Shown piece after piece: positions 35,156-45,510 of a DNA stretch of 64,000 bases. The DNA comes from an uncultured Verrucomicrobiae bacterium. Lineage in GTDB: Bacteria; Verrucomicrobiota; Verrucomicrobiia; Chthoniobacterales; Chthoniobacteraceae. A program made the position numbers and the translations under genes. The first letter of the stretch is position 1, and the number at the start of each line of letters is the position of its first letter. A model generated the notes under the pieces. The model was not told the DNA's origin. It ran no database searches and saw only the letters and a program-made list of their open reading frames with translations. Where the stretch lies: contig CAWHEP010000008.1 of the NCBI GenBank assembly GCA_963828525.1, positions 288,001 to 352,000 of the forward strand, written 5' to 3'.

Positions 35156-36985
35156 ATGCTGATCCAGTTGCTGCCGGAAGAAGTCGCCAGCCAGGTGGCA
35201 GCCGGCGAGGTCGTGGAGAGGCCCGCCTCGGTGGTGAAGGAACTGGTTGAAAACAGCCTCGACGCCGGCGCGACGCGAATCGAGGTGATGATCCGCCGCG
35301 GCGGCATCTCACTGATCCGGGTGACGGACGACGGCTGCGGGATGGATCGCGATGACGCGCTGCTCTGTCTCGAGAGACATGCCACAAGCAAGATTCGCAC
35401 GGGCCTGGATTTGGCTTCCATCCTCACTCTCGGTTTCCGCGGCGAAGCTCTTCCCAGCATCGCGAGCGTCTCGCGCTTCCGCCTTTCCACTCGCATGCGC
35501 GACGCGATGGCCGGCACGGAAGTCATCGTCGCCGCGGGCAAGATCGAAGCGGTGCGCGATTCCGGCGAGGCCCCGGGCACGCAGATCGAGGTGCGATCCC
35601 TTTTCTACAATCTGCCCGGACGGCGGAAGTTTTTGAGAACAGAGGCGACAGAGACCAGCCACATCGAGCATCAACTCCAGTTGCAAGCATTGGGCCACCC
35701 CGCCGCCGGATTCGTGTTCATGAATGATGACAAGGTCATCTATCAGATTCCGCCAGCGACAAATCTGTTGCAACGCATCCGCGATCTCTGCGGCGGCGCC
35801 CTTGCGGAGCAATTACTGGAAGTCTCCGGCTTCGAGCATGAAGGTATTGAAATCCGGGGGTACATCGGCAAGCCGGGCGTGAGCCGTTCCTCCCGATCCC
35901 AGGAACTTGTCTTCTTGAACGGACGCGCGATCGAAAACAGCGTGATCCACTTCGCCGTGCGGGAGGGCTACCACACAGCTCTCATGAAGGGCCAGCACCC
36001 GGTGACCTTCCTCGTGATCGACATGGACCCCGCGGAGGTGGACGTAAATGTGCATCCCGCCAAGAAGGAGGTGCGATTCCGCAACCCCTCGGTCGTAAAA
36101 GAGGCGCTCGTCGAGGCGGTGCGGCGGTGCATCGAGTCCGGGCGCGGGGAATGGTCGCGCGCCTTGCATACCGCGAATACTGCTCATCAACCCGCTGAGA
36201 GCAATCTCTCCCCGTTACCGGAACGCAGTCCCAGCGAGGCGAAGAGCTTCGACACGACTCCCGCGCTGATCGATGAAAAAGAACAGGTGGCACTGCGACA
36301 CGACTGGTCCTTCTTCCCACAGCAGGGATCGCCGCTCCTCGCGGCTCCGATGAGCCCGCCGCCTCCCCTCCGCCCGCGCGCGGAACCTCCCGCCAAAAAG
36401 GAGATCGAGAGCTTCAAGATATTGGGAGTATTGGGCAAGCTCTACATCCTCATGGAGAACGCGGCTGGCCTTGTGCTCGTGGATCAGCACGCGGCGCATG
36501 AGCGAATCCTCTTTGAAGAACTCAGGCGCCGCATGGAAGACCAGGGCGTTCCCTCCCAGCGCCTCCTTATCCCGCTGATGATCGAGGTCAACCCCCGCGA
36601 TGGCGACTGGATCATGCAAAACATCGCGACACTGCGCAAAATGGGGATTGGCATGGAGCCTTTCGGAAAGGGAACCCACAAGATCGACAGTCTTCCCCAG
36701 TTTGTGCGGACAGGCGACCCGCTGCAATTCATCCGCGATGTGATCGATGAGCTGCGCGCCGCCAGCAGCCAGAGCTCAAAGATGCGGCTGGGCGAAGACG
36801 TCATCGCGACCACAGTTTGCCGTCACGCGGTAAAGGCGAACGACTACCTGCGCGAACCCGAACTGGTGCGACTCATCCAGGATCTTCTCGCGTGCGACCT
36901 GCCTTACTGCTGTCCGCATGGGCGGCCCACCCTCATCCAGATTTCCTATGCTGAACTCGAAAAAAAGTTCGGGCGCAAAGCATGA
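35156..36985 (+). CDS. mutL: DNA mismatch repair endonuclease MutL
   Basis: AAGEVVERP, GFRGEAL, DVNVHPAK, DQHAAHER, CPHGRP. Confidence 0.98.
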   Translation: MLIQLLPEEVASQVAAGEVVERPASVVKELVENSLDAGATRIEVMIRRGGISLIRVTDDGCGMDRDDALLCLERHATSKIRTGLDLASILTLGFRGEALPSIASVSRFRLSTRMRDAMAGTEVIVAAGKIEAVRDSGEAPGTQIEVRSLFYNLPGRRKFLRTEATETSHIEHQLQLQALGHPAAGFVFMNDDKVIYQIPPATNLLQRIRDLCGGALAEQLLEVSGFEHEGIEIRGYIGKPGVSRSSRSQELVFLNGRAIENSVIHFAVREGYHTALMKGQHPVTFLVIDMDPAEVDVNVHPAKKEVRFRNPSVVKEALVEAVRRCIESGRGEWSRALHTANTAHQPAESNLSPLPERSPSEAKSFDTTPALIDEKEQVALRHDWSFFPQQGSPLLAAPMSPPPPLRPRAEPPAKKEIESFKILGVLGKLYILMENAAGLVLVDQHAAHERILFEELRRRMEDQGVPSQRLLIPLMIEVNPRDGDWIMQNIATLRKMGIGMEPFGKGTHKIDSLPQFVRTGDPLQFIRDVIDELRAASSQSSKMRLGEDVIATTVCRHAVKANDYLREPELVRLIQDLLACDLPYCCPHGRPTLIQISYAELEKKFGRKA

Positions 36986-36997
36986 GATTACGAACGA

Positions 36998-37261
36998 TCA
37001 GGCTGCATTCGCCTTTACGCCCTGAGTCCGCAGCGAAGCGCCGCGGTAGCCAAACGCAAGCAATCCCTGGGACGCGCGGCACGCCGGGCATTTCCATGGC
37101 TTCAGGGAATGCCGCGCGTAGAAAACAAGCCAGCCAAGGAGCCAGAGGCCGATAGTCCCGAGCGAAAGAGCGAGGTGGAACCGATGATCCATTCGCAACT
37201 TACGAAACAATCTCTGCCGCCCGCATCGCGGGCAGAACATTAGTCGACGCTGGGATGCCAT
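36998..37261 (-). CDS. small Zn-ribbon membrane protein
   Basis: CPRC, hydrophobic segment (H..HLALSLGTIGLW), CPAC. Confidence 0.65.
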   Translation of the reverse strand: MASQRRLMFCPRCGRQRLFRKLRMDHRFHLALSLGTIGLWLLGWLVFYARHSLKPWKCPACRASQGLLAFGYRGASLRTQGVKANAA

Positions 37262-37348
37262 ATTCCTATCTTCCCCTGTGGTTTGATCTCCATGTTATGA
37301 AAACGATGGAAATTATACAACCCGCCGCCGGGCGCAAGCACAATCCGG

Positions 37349-38587
37349 CTACCAGCTCGTGTTTCCGATTCGCTCGGCGGCTTCTTCGGCATTTGCCCGG
37401 CTATTGAACGCGGATATGCGAAAATAGCCTTCTCCGCACGCGCCGAAGCCGCTGCCCGGGGTCACCACGATATTTGTTTCCGTAAGAAGCCGGTCGAATG
37501 TTTCCCAACTCGTCGCGCCGTTGGGAGTCCTGACCCAGAGGTACGGCGCATTCACGCCGCCAAACACCTCCAGTCCACCAGCGGAAACAGCCTGTCGCAG
37601 GATGGCCGCGTTTCCCATGTAATGGGCAACGAGCCCAGCAACCTCCCGCTTGCCCGCGTCTGAGTAGATCGCCTCCGCCGCTCGTTGCACTGGATAGCTG
37701 ACCCCGTTCGATTTCGTGCTCCAGCGTCGTTGCCAGAGGGGATGAAGACTCCTGCTCTCTCCAGATGATGTCCGGGCGAGCAGGCTCTTGGGCAGCACGG
37801 TGAAGGCGCATCGCAATCCCGTGAAGCCGCCTTTTTTTGAAAAACTCCTGAACTCTATCGCGCATTCCCTGGCGCCGGGGATCTCGTAGATGGAGCGCGG
37901 AATCTCCGGATCTGAAATATATGCTTCGTAGGCGGCGTCGTATAACAGGATGGCGCGATGGGCCAGGGCGTAATCCACCCAGCCTTGCAGTTGGCCGCGC
38001 GTCGCGACCGCTCCCGTGGGGTTGTTCGGAAAGCAGAGGTAGATGACATCGACAGGCTCGCTTGGAACCAATGGGACAAAGCCGTTTTCGGCCCGGCATG
38101 GAAGATAGACCAACCCTTCGTAGCGGCCGGACGCGTCAGCCTCCCCCGTGTGGCCGGCCATCACGTTCGTATCGACATACACCGGGTAAACGGGATCAAC
38201 CATCGCGATGCGATTTTGATTCCCCAATATGTCGAGGATGTGTCCGCAATCGCACTTCGACCCGTCTGACAGAAAAATCTCATCGTCGGCGATTTCAATC
38301 CCCCGGTCGCGATAGTCACCCCGGGCGATCGCGTTCCGGATGAACTCATGTCCCTGCTCGGGACCGTAGCCGCGGAAAGTACCAGGCGCGCCCATTTCAT
38401 CCACAGCCTTGTGCAGCGCGGCGATCACCGCGGGCGGCAGTGGCTCCGTGACATCGCCTATGCCACATCTAATAACCCGCTTTGCCGCGACGGGGTCGGC
38501 CTCGCAGAACGCCGTGACCCGTCGCGCGATTTCGGGAAAAAGGTAGCCCGCCCGGAGCTTTAGATAATTGTCGTTAAGGTAAGCCAT
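37349..38587 (-). CDS. dapL: LL-diaminopimelate aminotransferase
   Basis: [44 protein letters not shown]. Confidence 0.95.
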   Translation of the reverse strand: MAYLNDNYLKLRAGYLFPEIARRVTAFCEADPVAAKRVIRCGIGDVTEPLPPAVIAALHKAVDEMGAPGTFRGYGPEQGHEFIRNAIARGDYRDRGIEIADDEIFLSDGSKCDCGHILDILGNQNRIAMVDPVYPVYVDTNVMAGHTGEADASGRYEGLVYLPCRAENGFVPLVPSEPVDVIYLCFPNNPTGAVATRGQLQGWVDYALAHRAILLYDAAYEAYISDPEIPRSIYEIPGARECAIEFRSFSKKGGFTGLRCAFTVLPKSLLARTSSGESRSLHPLWQRRWSTKSNGVSYPVQRAAEAIYSDAGKREVAGLVAHYMGNAAILRQAVSAGGLEVFGGVNAPYLWVRTPNGATSWETFDRLLTETNIVVTPGSGFGACGEGYFRISAFNSRANAEEAAERIGNTSW

Positions 38588-38592
38588 GTCTG

Positions 38593-38636
38593 AAAAATAG
38601 CGCGGCTGGAAGGGGCGTTGGCCCCTGTCCAGCCGC
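38593..38636 (-). terminator. hairpin plus T-tract downstream of sodA
   Basis: GCGGCTGGA..AGGGGC / GCCCCT..TCCAGCCGC inverted repeat followed by a T5 run on the minus strand. Confidence 0.5.
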
Positions 38637-38659
38637 AAGAGTTTCCGCGAAGGAACTGT

Positions 38660-39268
38660 TTACGCTGCCGAGTAAATCTTCTCGATCTCGGCCCAGTTAA
38701 TCACGTTCCACCAAGCCTTCAGGTAATCAGGGCGGCGGTTCTGATAGGTGAGGTAGTACGCGTGCTCCCAAACATCACAACCGAAAATCGGCGTGAGGCC
38801 ATCCATCAAGGGATTGTCCTGATTCGGGGTGGAGACGATCTCGAGCTGGCCGCCCTTGTTCTTGATGAGCCAAACCCAGCCGCTTCCAAAACGCCCCGCG
38901 CCCGCCGCGTTGAACTTTTCTTTGAAAGCTTCAAGGCTTCCAAAGGCTAGGGCGATATCCTCCGCGAGCTTCCCGCTCGGCTCTCCACCGCCGGTCGGTG
39001 ACATCAGCTTCCAGAAGAGCGAGTGATTCGCGTGACCTCCTCCGTTATTGCGCACGACGGTTCGGATATTCTCGGGAAGAGCGGAAAGGTTGCTGATGAC
39101 CTCTTCGACGCTCTTGCCGTCAAACTCGGGCTTGTCTTTGAGGGCGTTATTCAGGTTCGTGACGTAGGTTTGATGATGCTTCTCGCGATGGATCTCCATC
39201 GTCTTCGCGTCAATGTGTGGTTCGAGGGCGTCTTTCGGGTAGGGTAAGGAAGGTAATTCGTAAGCCAT
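38660..39268 (-). CDS. sodA: superoxide dismutase, Mn-type
   Basis: [29 protein letters not shown]. Confidence 0.95.
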   Translation of the reverse strand: MAYELPSLPYPKDALEPHIDAKTMEIHREKHHQTYVTNLNNALKDKPEFDGKSVEEVISNLSALPENIRTVVRNNGGGHANHSLFWKLMSPTGGGEPSGKLAEDIALAFGSLEAFKEKFNAAGAGRFGSGWVWLIKNKGGQLEIVSTPNQDNPLMDGLTPIFGCDVWEHAYYLTYQNRRPDYLKAWWNVINWAEIEKIYSAA

Positions 39269-39337
39269 AAGTTTAGTTCTTCAGATTCGGAGCGAGTATC
39301 AGCCCCGGTTCTGAAAATAGCAAGGGAGACGCCCCGC

Positions 39338-40687
39338 TCAACTCTTTGCTTTGGCCGCTTCGTCAAAGAGGGCGCGCCAATGTTCCAGCCGCTCGCGCAC
39401 CCGTTTCTCGTTGCCGTTAGCCGTCGGCTCATAATAGACGCGACCCTCCGGGAGATAAGCCTGGGGAACGTAGGCCTCCTCATAGTCGTGGCTATACTTG
39501 TAGGCCGTGCCATGCCCGAGCTTCGCCGCGCTTTTGTAGTGCGAATCCCGCAGGTGCTTTGGCACCGCCAGCGTCCGGCCCTCCTTCACCTCGCGCATCG
39601 CTTTCGAGATGGCTTCATACGCGCGGTTGCTCTTTGGAGCGGTGGCGATATACACCGTGGCTTGCGCCAGCGGAATCTGCGCCTCGGGCAACCCAACAAA
39701 TTCCACAGCCTGTTGCGCGGCTACCGCCACGACGAGCGCCTGCGGATCGGCCATCCCGACGTCTTCCGCCGCGCAGATGACGATCCGCCGCGCGATGAAC
39801 CGTATCTCCTCCCCAGCATAAAGCATTTTCGCCAGCCAATAGATCGCCGCGTCAGGATCGGAGCCTCGCATGCTCTTGATGAACGCGCTGATCGTGTCGT
39901 AATGCTGATCCTCATCCGCGTCGTAAACCACTGCTTTGCGCTGGATGCTCTCCTCTGCGGCGGGAAGATCGAAATGGATTACTCCGTCCGGGTCCGGCGG
40001 AGTCGTTAGCACGCCGAGTTCCAGCGCGTTCAGGCATTTTCGCGCGTCGCCATCGCTCGTCTTCGCGAGGTGCTCAAGCGCTTCCTCCGTCGCCGAAATG
40101 TTGCTCCCCGGAAATCCCCGTTCCTTGTCCTGTATGGCTCGCGTCATCAGGGCGCGCAGGTTCAGCTCGCTTAGCGGCTCCAGTTGAAACACCTGGGAGC
40201 GCGAGACAAGGGGGCTGTTGATATAGAAGAAGGGATTGTGTGTCGTCGCGCCGATCAGACGCAGCACGCCGCTTTCCACATCCGGCAGCAGGACATCCTG
40301 CTGCGCTTTGTTGAACCGGTGAATCTCATCGATGAACAGGATCGTCTTTGCCCCGCTGTTTTGCAGGCGATTCAATGCCGACGCTATCACGCGCCGCATA
40401 TCCGCCACCGTGCTCTCCACCCCGCTCAGCCGCTCAAATCGCGAACGGGTGCTGGCGGCTATGATCTGGGCAAGCGTCGTCTTTCCCGTCCCCGGAGGCC
40501 CAAACAGGATGACCGATGATATGCGATCCGCCTCGATGGCGCGTCGCAGCAGCTTGCCAGGCCCGAGGATGTGCTCCTGTCCCGCAAACTCCTCCAGCGT
40601 CCGCGGCCGCATCCGGGTTGCAAGCGGCACCGAGCGCGCGGCCTGCGGCTTTTCCTCCTCTGGGCTGGAGAACAAATCTGCGTTCAC
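39338..40687 (-). CDS. rarA: replication-associated recombination protein A (MgsA)
   Basis: PLATRMRP, GPPGTGKTT, IDEIHRFNK, ISAFIKSMRGSD, APKSN. Confidence 0.96.
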   Translation of the reverse strand: MNADLFSSPEEEKPQAARSVPLATRMRPRTLEEFAGQEHILGPGKLLRRAIEADRISSVILFGPPGTGKTTLAQIIAASTRSRFERLSGVESTVADMRRVIASALNRLQNSGAKTILFIDEIHRFNKAQQDVLLPDVESGVLRLIGATTHNPFFYINSPLVSRSQVFQLEPLSELNLRALMTRAIQDKERGFPGSNISATEEALEHLAKTSDGDARKCLNALELGVLTTPPDPDGVIHFDLPAAEESIQRKAVVYDADEDQHYDTISAFIKSMRGSDPDAAIYWLAKMLYAGEEIRFIARRIVICAAEDVGMADPQALVVAVAAQQAVEFVGLPEAQIPLAQATVYIATAPKSNRAYEAISKAMREVKEGRTLAVPKHLRDSHYKSAAKLGHGTAYKYSHDYEEAYVPQAYLPEGRVYYEPTANGNEKRVRERLEHWRALFDEAAKAKS

Positions 40688-40856
40688 ACCGGCAGTATAG
40701 CCAGGAATGACGCAAATCCGAATTCCAGGTTTGCCGCGCCCGCTGGCGCGTGAATCTCCTCCAAGTGGGAGAACACATAATCCCGCCGCTTTCATGGCGG
40801 AGAGATTTTGCTAGCGCCAATCCCCTTGTTCTCCGAAGTTCCGCCTTGGTTTTCCA

Positions 40857-41675
40857 ATGAGCCACCAACGCATCGCACTCGCCTCGGCTTTTTCGCCACG
40901 CTTCCTCCCGCTGCTTGCCGAAGCAAAAGCATTCAGCGAACGGCTGGGCGCCGGGTTTAGCGTCATCTACGTGGGCCGTTATGGGCAGGAAGAGAAGGAC
41001 AAGTTTGCCGGCGCTTTTGAAAGCCTGGGCCTGCCGCGCGCGCCGGAAGTTTTTCCCGGGCAGGGGGAGCCCGCGGCCGCGATCCTGCAAGCTGCCGCCG
41101 AGCACGGCGTTGATCTGATCATCGCCGGGGCGATGGAGCACGAGACCGGAAGCCGCAACTTCCTGGGCGATGTCGCGCGCACCCTGCTGCGGGACGCTCC
41201 GCTCTCGCTGCTACTGATCCCCCACCCGAGTCAGGAGCCGCGTCCCTTCCGCCGCATCGCGGTCATTGTTGACTTCTCCGATCTTGCGCGGACTGCCTTG
41301 CTGCAGGCCATCCACCTCGCGGAGCGGCACAACGCCGAAGTCATTCACGTGATCCGGATTTTCACGATCTTTTCGCAAGCCCTCGCCGACCCTGCCGAGT
41401 TCTTCAAAGGAGCCGAGAGCAAACACCGGACAATCCGCGACGAGGAGGCGCAGTTGGAAGAATTCATCTCATCGGCTGGCCGCGGCGCGACACCCATTGA
41501 AGCCCGTTGCATCGAGGGCACCACCGGCTTTGCCGCTTCCGATTACGTGCAGGGCGTGGACGCCGACCTTCTCATCGTCCCCTTAAGGGCGCCCGGCGCG
41601 ACCGATCCTACGCCGCAGGGCGCGGATTGGGTGTTCAATGTCATCCCCACGACCCTGCTGGTTGTAAGGGAGTGA
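40857..41675 (+). CDS. universal stress protein, tandem Usp domains
   Basis: DLIIAG..FLGDVARTLLR..P, then RIAVIVDFS and ADLLIV. Confidence 0.85.
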   Translation: MSHQRIALASAFSPRFLPLLAEAKAFSERLGAGFSVIYVGRYGQEEKDKFAGAFESLGLPRAPEVFPGQGEPAAAILQAAAEHGVDLIIAGAMEHETGSRNFLGDVARTLLRDAPLSLLLIPHPSQEPRPFRRIAVIVDFSDLARTALLQAIHLAERHNAEVIHVIRIFTIFSQALADPAEFFKGAESKHRTIRDEEAQLEEFISSAGRGATPIEARCIEGTTGFAASDYVQGVDADLLIVPLRAPGATDPTPQGADWVFNVIPTTLLVVRE

Positions 41676-41740
41676 TTGACCGGGGTTTCACATTAAAATG
41701 TGGAATTTTTCGGATCGCGCGCTATACTGAGGGGTGAAAA

Positions 41741-42095
41741 GGGGGCGTACTGGTTTCGACTTATTGTTGGAGATGCCGGCCGCATGTCGAGGATGACTCG
41801 TTGGCCTCGTTAAAATCCGAGTCAAAACAAATAAACGCAGATCACGAAGATCTCGCTCTCGCGGCTTAATTGACCGTGACATTCCTGGTTGAACGCCTGC
41901 TACGGCTGGGAGTGAAGGCAGCAGGCTAATTCTCCGGCGGAGTGACCGCGCTGGAGGGTGAATCGATTTCGTGGACACTCGAATGGCGGTAATGTTACGG
42001 CCCAGGGCCGCCGGTTCTAAATTAAGGACCGTATAAACATGTAGAAGCTTGCGTCGATGGCTTTAAGGACAGGGGTTCAACTCCCCTCGCCTCCA
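41741..42095 (+). ncRNA. ssrA: transfer-messenger RNA, tag peptide ADHEDLALAA
   Basis: 5' GGGGGCGTACTGGTTTCGAC; tag frame 41837-41869 ending LALAA-stop; 3' GGACAGGGGTTCAACTCCCCTCGCCTCCA with the G3-U70 alanine identity pair. Confidence 0.96.
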
Positions 42096-42117
42096 ACCAA
42101 AAGTTTGGCCAGGAATG

Positions 42118-42825
42118 TTACGACTTTCCCGGACGCAAACGGGGCGGCTCTTCGAGGATGTCCAGCAACGCCTGCGCGCAGAATATGCGGTCGCGGCGCG
42201 CCTCGCCGACCTGCTTCACGATCCGCAGCTTTATGAGGCGGCGTACCGCCGCCGCAGCAGTGTTGTAGGCCACGCCGAGTTGGGTCTCGGCTTTGCGCGC
42301 GGTGATGAACGGATTTGTGCCGAGCAGGTCGAGCAGGCGCAGCGCCACCCCTGATCCGGCGCGGCTCACGCGCTCTCGCCATTGGTCGAGTCGTCGATTG
42401 ATTCTCTCGGCGCGGCTGAGCGCGTCTTCGCTCTGCCGAGCAACGCCATTCAGAAAATAGAGCAGCCAGTCTTCCCACGCGCTTCGCTCAGTGACGGAGC
42501 GCAGTCTGTCGTAGTAATCGCGGCGGGTCGCCTCGAAGAAAGCGCTCAGGTAGAGTAGCGGCAAAGGCAGGGCGCCGCGCTGCATGAGCAGGAGCGTGAT
42601 GAGCAGGCGTCCGACACGGCCGTTGCCGTCGAGGAACGGGTGAACTGGTAGTGTATCAGCGCGGTCTGGATTAGCGACGGGAGGGTTTCGTCGTGCAGGA
42701 ACTTCTCTTACGCGCCCAGAATCCCGAGCATCTCCTCGTGGGGCGGCGGCACGTAGGTCGCTTGCGCCAGCGTGGAGCCAGCTGGGCCAATCCGGTTCTG
42801 TGAAAGGGGCAGTTCGGCCGGCGCG
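42118..42825 (-). pseudogene. Fic-family protein remnant
   Basis: HPFLDGNGRVGR and SQNRIG..TYVPPP motifs; in-frame TAA at 42708-42710; the usual EAI residues between HYQF and HPF are missing; N-terminus absent. Confidence 0.88.
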
Positions 42826-45436
42826 ACGCGAGAGGCTGTGCCGCAAATACAATGATGAGTTCAACAGCGTCCGGCTACGCGTGTTCAACGGCAGCCATCT
42901 CACACTGCCCGCGAGCAGCCAGCAGATCATCCTTCGGCCGCACCAAAAGAACGCGATTTGGCGGATCGTGCAGAGCGACAACACGCTCCTCGCGCACGCG
43001 GTCGGCGCGGGAAAGACCTACACGATGGTCGCGGCGGGGATTGAGCTGAAGCGGCTTGGGCTGGCGACGAAGCCGATGTTCGTTGTTCCGAATCACATGC
43101 TCGCGCAGTTTTCGTCGGAGCTGCTCACGCTGTACCCGACGGCGAACATTCTGGTTGCCGGCAAGGAGGACTTCGAGGCGTCGAAGCGAGCGCGGCTTTT
43201 CAGCCGCATCGCGACGGGGAATTGGGATGGCGTCATCGTCACCCATTCGAGCTTCGAGAAAATCCCGGTATCGGTGGAGACACGCCGCGCCTTCATCGAC
43301 GAGCAGCTTTACGAAATCGAACGAGCGATCCGGGAGCAGAAGGGCGAGCGAGGCACACGGCTGGTGAAGGAACTGGAGCGGGTGAAGAAGCGGCTGACGG
43401 CGAAGCTCGAATCGCTTTCCGCCGACCACAAGAAGGACAACACGCTGACCTTCGAGGAACTTGGCATCGACCGGCTCTTCATCGACGAGGCGCACAAGTT
43501 CAAGAATCTCTTCTACGTCACGAAGATGACGCGCGTTGCCGGTCTGCCGCAGACCGCTTCCGAGCGCGCATTCGATATGTTCCTCAAGGTTCAGCACATC
43601 CAGTCGAAGAACAAAGGCGGTGGCGTGGTCTTCGCGACCGGCACGCCGATTTCCAACACGATGGCGGAGATGTTCACGATGCAGCGCTACTTGCAAATGG
43701 GCGCGCTGCGGCGCAATCAACTCCAGCATTTCGATTCGTGGGCCGGCACCTTTGGCGAGACCGTGACCGCGATGGAACTCAGCCCGGATGGCAGCCGGAT
43801 ACCGGCTGCAGAGTCGCTTCGCGCGCTTCGTCAACGTGCCGGAGTTGATGCAGCAGTTCCGCCAGGTCGCCGATGTGCAGACCGCGGAGATGTTGAAATT
43901 GCCGGTGCCGAAGATGGAGCAAGGCGGGCCGATCACCGTCAGCGCGCCGACCACTCCCGAGTTGAAGCGCTTCGTCGATCAACTCGTGAAGCGAACCGAG
44001 AAGATCAAGAGCGGAAAGGTCGATCCACGCGACGACAACATGCTCAAGATCACGACCGAAGGCCGGAAAGCGGCGCTCGATCTCCGTCTCGTCCTTCCGC
44101 ATGTCCGCGATAACCCGGACTCCAAAACCAATCTGGCCGTGGAAAAGATTCACCAGGCTGGCTCGACTCCACGCCGACAGAAAGGCGCGCAGCTCGTCTT
44201 TTGCGACATGTCCACGCCGCAGGCCGGGTGGCCGAGGCGTTCTCGGTCTATGACGACGTGCGCGCCAAGCTGCTTGCCCGCGGGATTCCCGAGCGACGAA
44301 ATCGCGTTCATCCAGGACTGCAACGACGACACCGCCAAAGCCTCGCTCTTCAAAAACGTGCGCGAAGGCAAAGTGCGCGTGCTTTTCGGCAGCACGGCCA
44401 AGATGGGCGAAGGCACCAACGTGCAAAAGCGGCTCGTCGCGCTTCACCATCTCGATGCGCCGTGGCGTCCTGCCGACATCGAGCAGCGCGACGGCCGCAT
44501 TCTCCGCCAGGGCAATCAGAACGAATACGTGAAGGTTTTCCGCTATGTCACCGAAGGCAGTTTCGACGCCTACATGTGGCAGACGCTGGAGACGAAATGC
44601 CGCTTCATCGCGCAGGTGATGAATGGCGACGCGACGGTGCGCCGCGCCGAGGACGTGGACGCCGCCGCGCTCACCTACGCCGAGGTGAAGGCCATCGCCT
44701 CCGGCAATCCGCTCGTCATCGAGAAAGCGCACGTCGATGCCGAAGTGATGCGGCTCACCCGGCTCAAAAAGCAGCACGCCGAAAGCCTCTACCAAATGCG
44801 CTACCGGCTGAAAGGGCTTGGGCGACAACATCCAGCGTTGTGAGCGCGAGATCGCCAGCATCCGCGAAGACCTGCGCACCCGCACCACCACCCGCGGCGA
44901 CAATTTCTCGATGACGGTGCAAAAGGAAACCTTCACCGACCGCGTGAAAGCCGGTCGCGCGCTCGTCTTCCTCGCCGCCGCGATGAAGCCATTCCAATCC
45001 ACCAAGGCCATCGGCGAGATCGGCGGCTTCCCCATCTCGCTGCATCGCTTCGACGAACGCGCCAACCTCGTCATCCACGGGAAAGTGCGAATACAAAGCC
45101 AACGTCAGCGACAGCCCGACCGGCACCATCTCCTCCGTCGAGCACGCTCTCGACAGCATGGCAGATCGCCTGCGCGAGCGTGAATCCGACCTCAAGCAGG
45201 CTCACAAGCAAACCGAAGACCTCACCAAGCAACTCGACCATCCCTTCGAGCACGAGGAGAAGCTGACCGTGGCCACAAAGCGGCAGCAGGAGATCGTCGC
45301 CGCTCTCGACATCACGAAGAATCAGGCATCCGCCAAGCTCGACGAAGGCGCGGAGCAATCGGTCGAATCTGTGGACGAAATCCCTCAGCAAATCATCCGT
45401 TCGAAGCGCCCGATTGCCGCCTCTTTGGCAGTGTGA
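42825..45436 (+). pseudogene. 5'-truncated DarB-like/SNF2-type helicase of mobile elements (several indels)
   Basis: AHAVGAGKT, FIDEAH, FATGTP, EQRDGRILRQGN. It begins mid-protein at RRERLCRKYNDEFN, with no N-terminal methylase part. Confidence 0.85.
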
Positions 45437-45510
45437 CAGGCGCGCGCGGTCGAAGAGAAGAAAGGCCGGGGCGCCGCGGTGGATGGGGCCGCCGGAGTCC
45501 ACACACCGTT

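Noticed and set aside
41676..41730. Sigma-70 promoter for ssrA (TTGACC, TAAAAT, TATACT)
   Set aside because: The boxes do not pair at 16-18 bp spacing, so no confident call.
42875..45074. Long antisense ORFs (e.g. 42875-43954, 43779-45074; also 54211-55449 and 60029-61027)
   Set aside because: Shadows of GC-rich genes with clear motifs on the opposite strand or in another frame; no motifs of their own.
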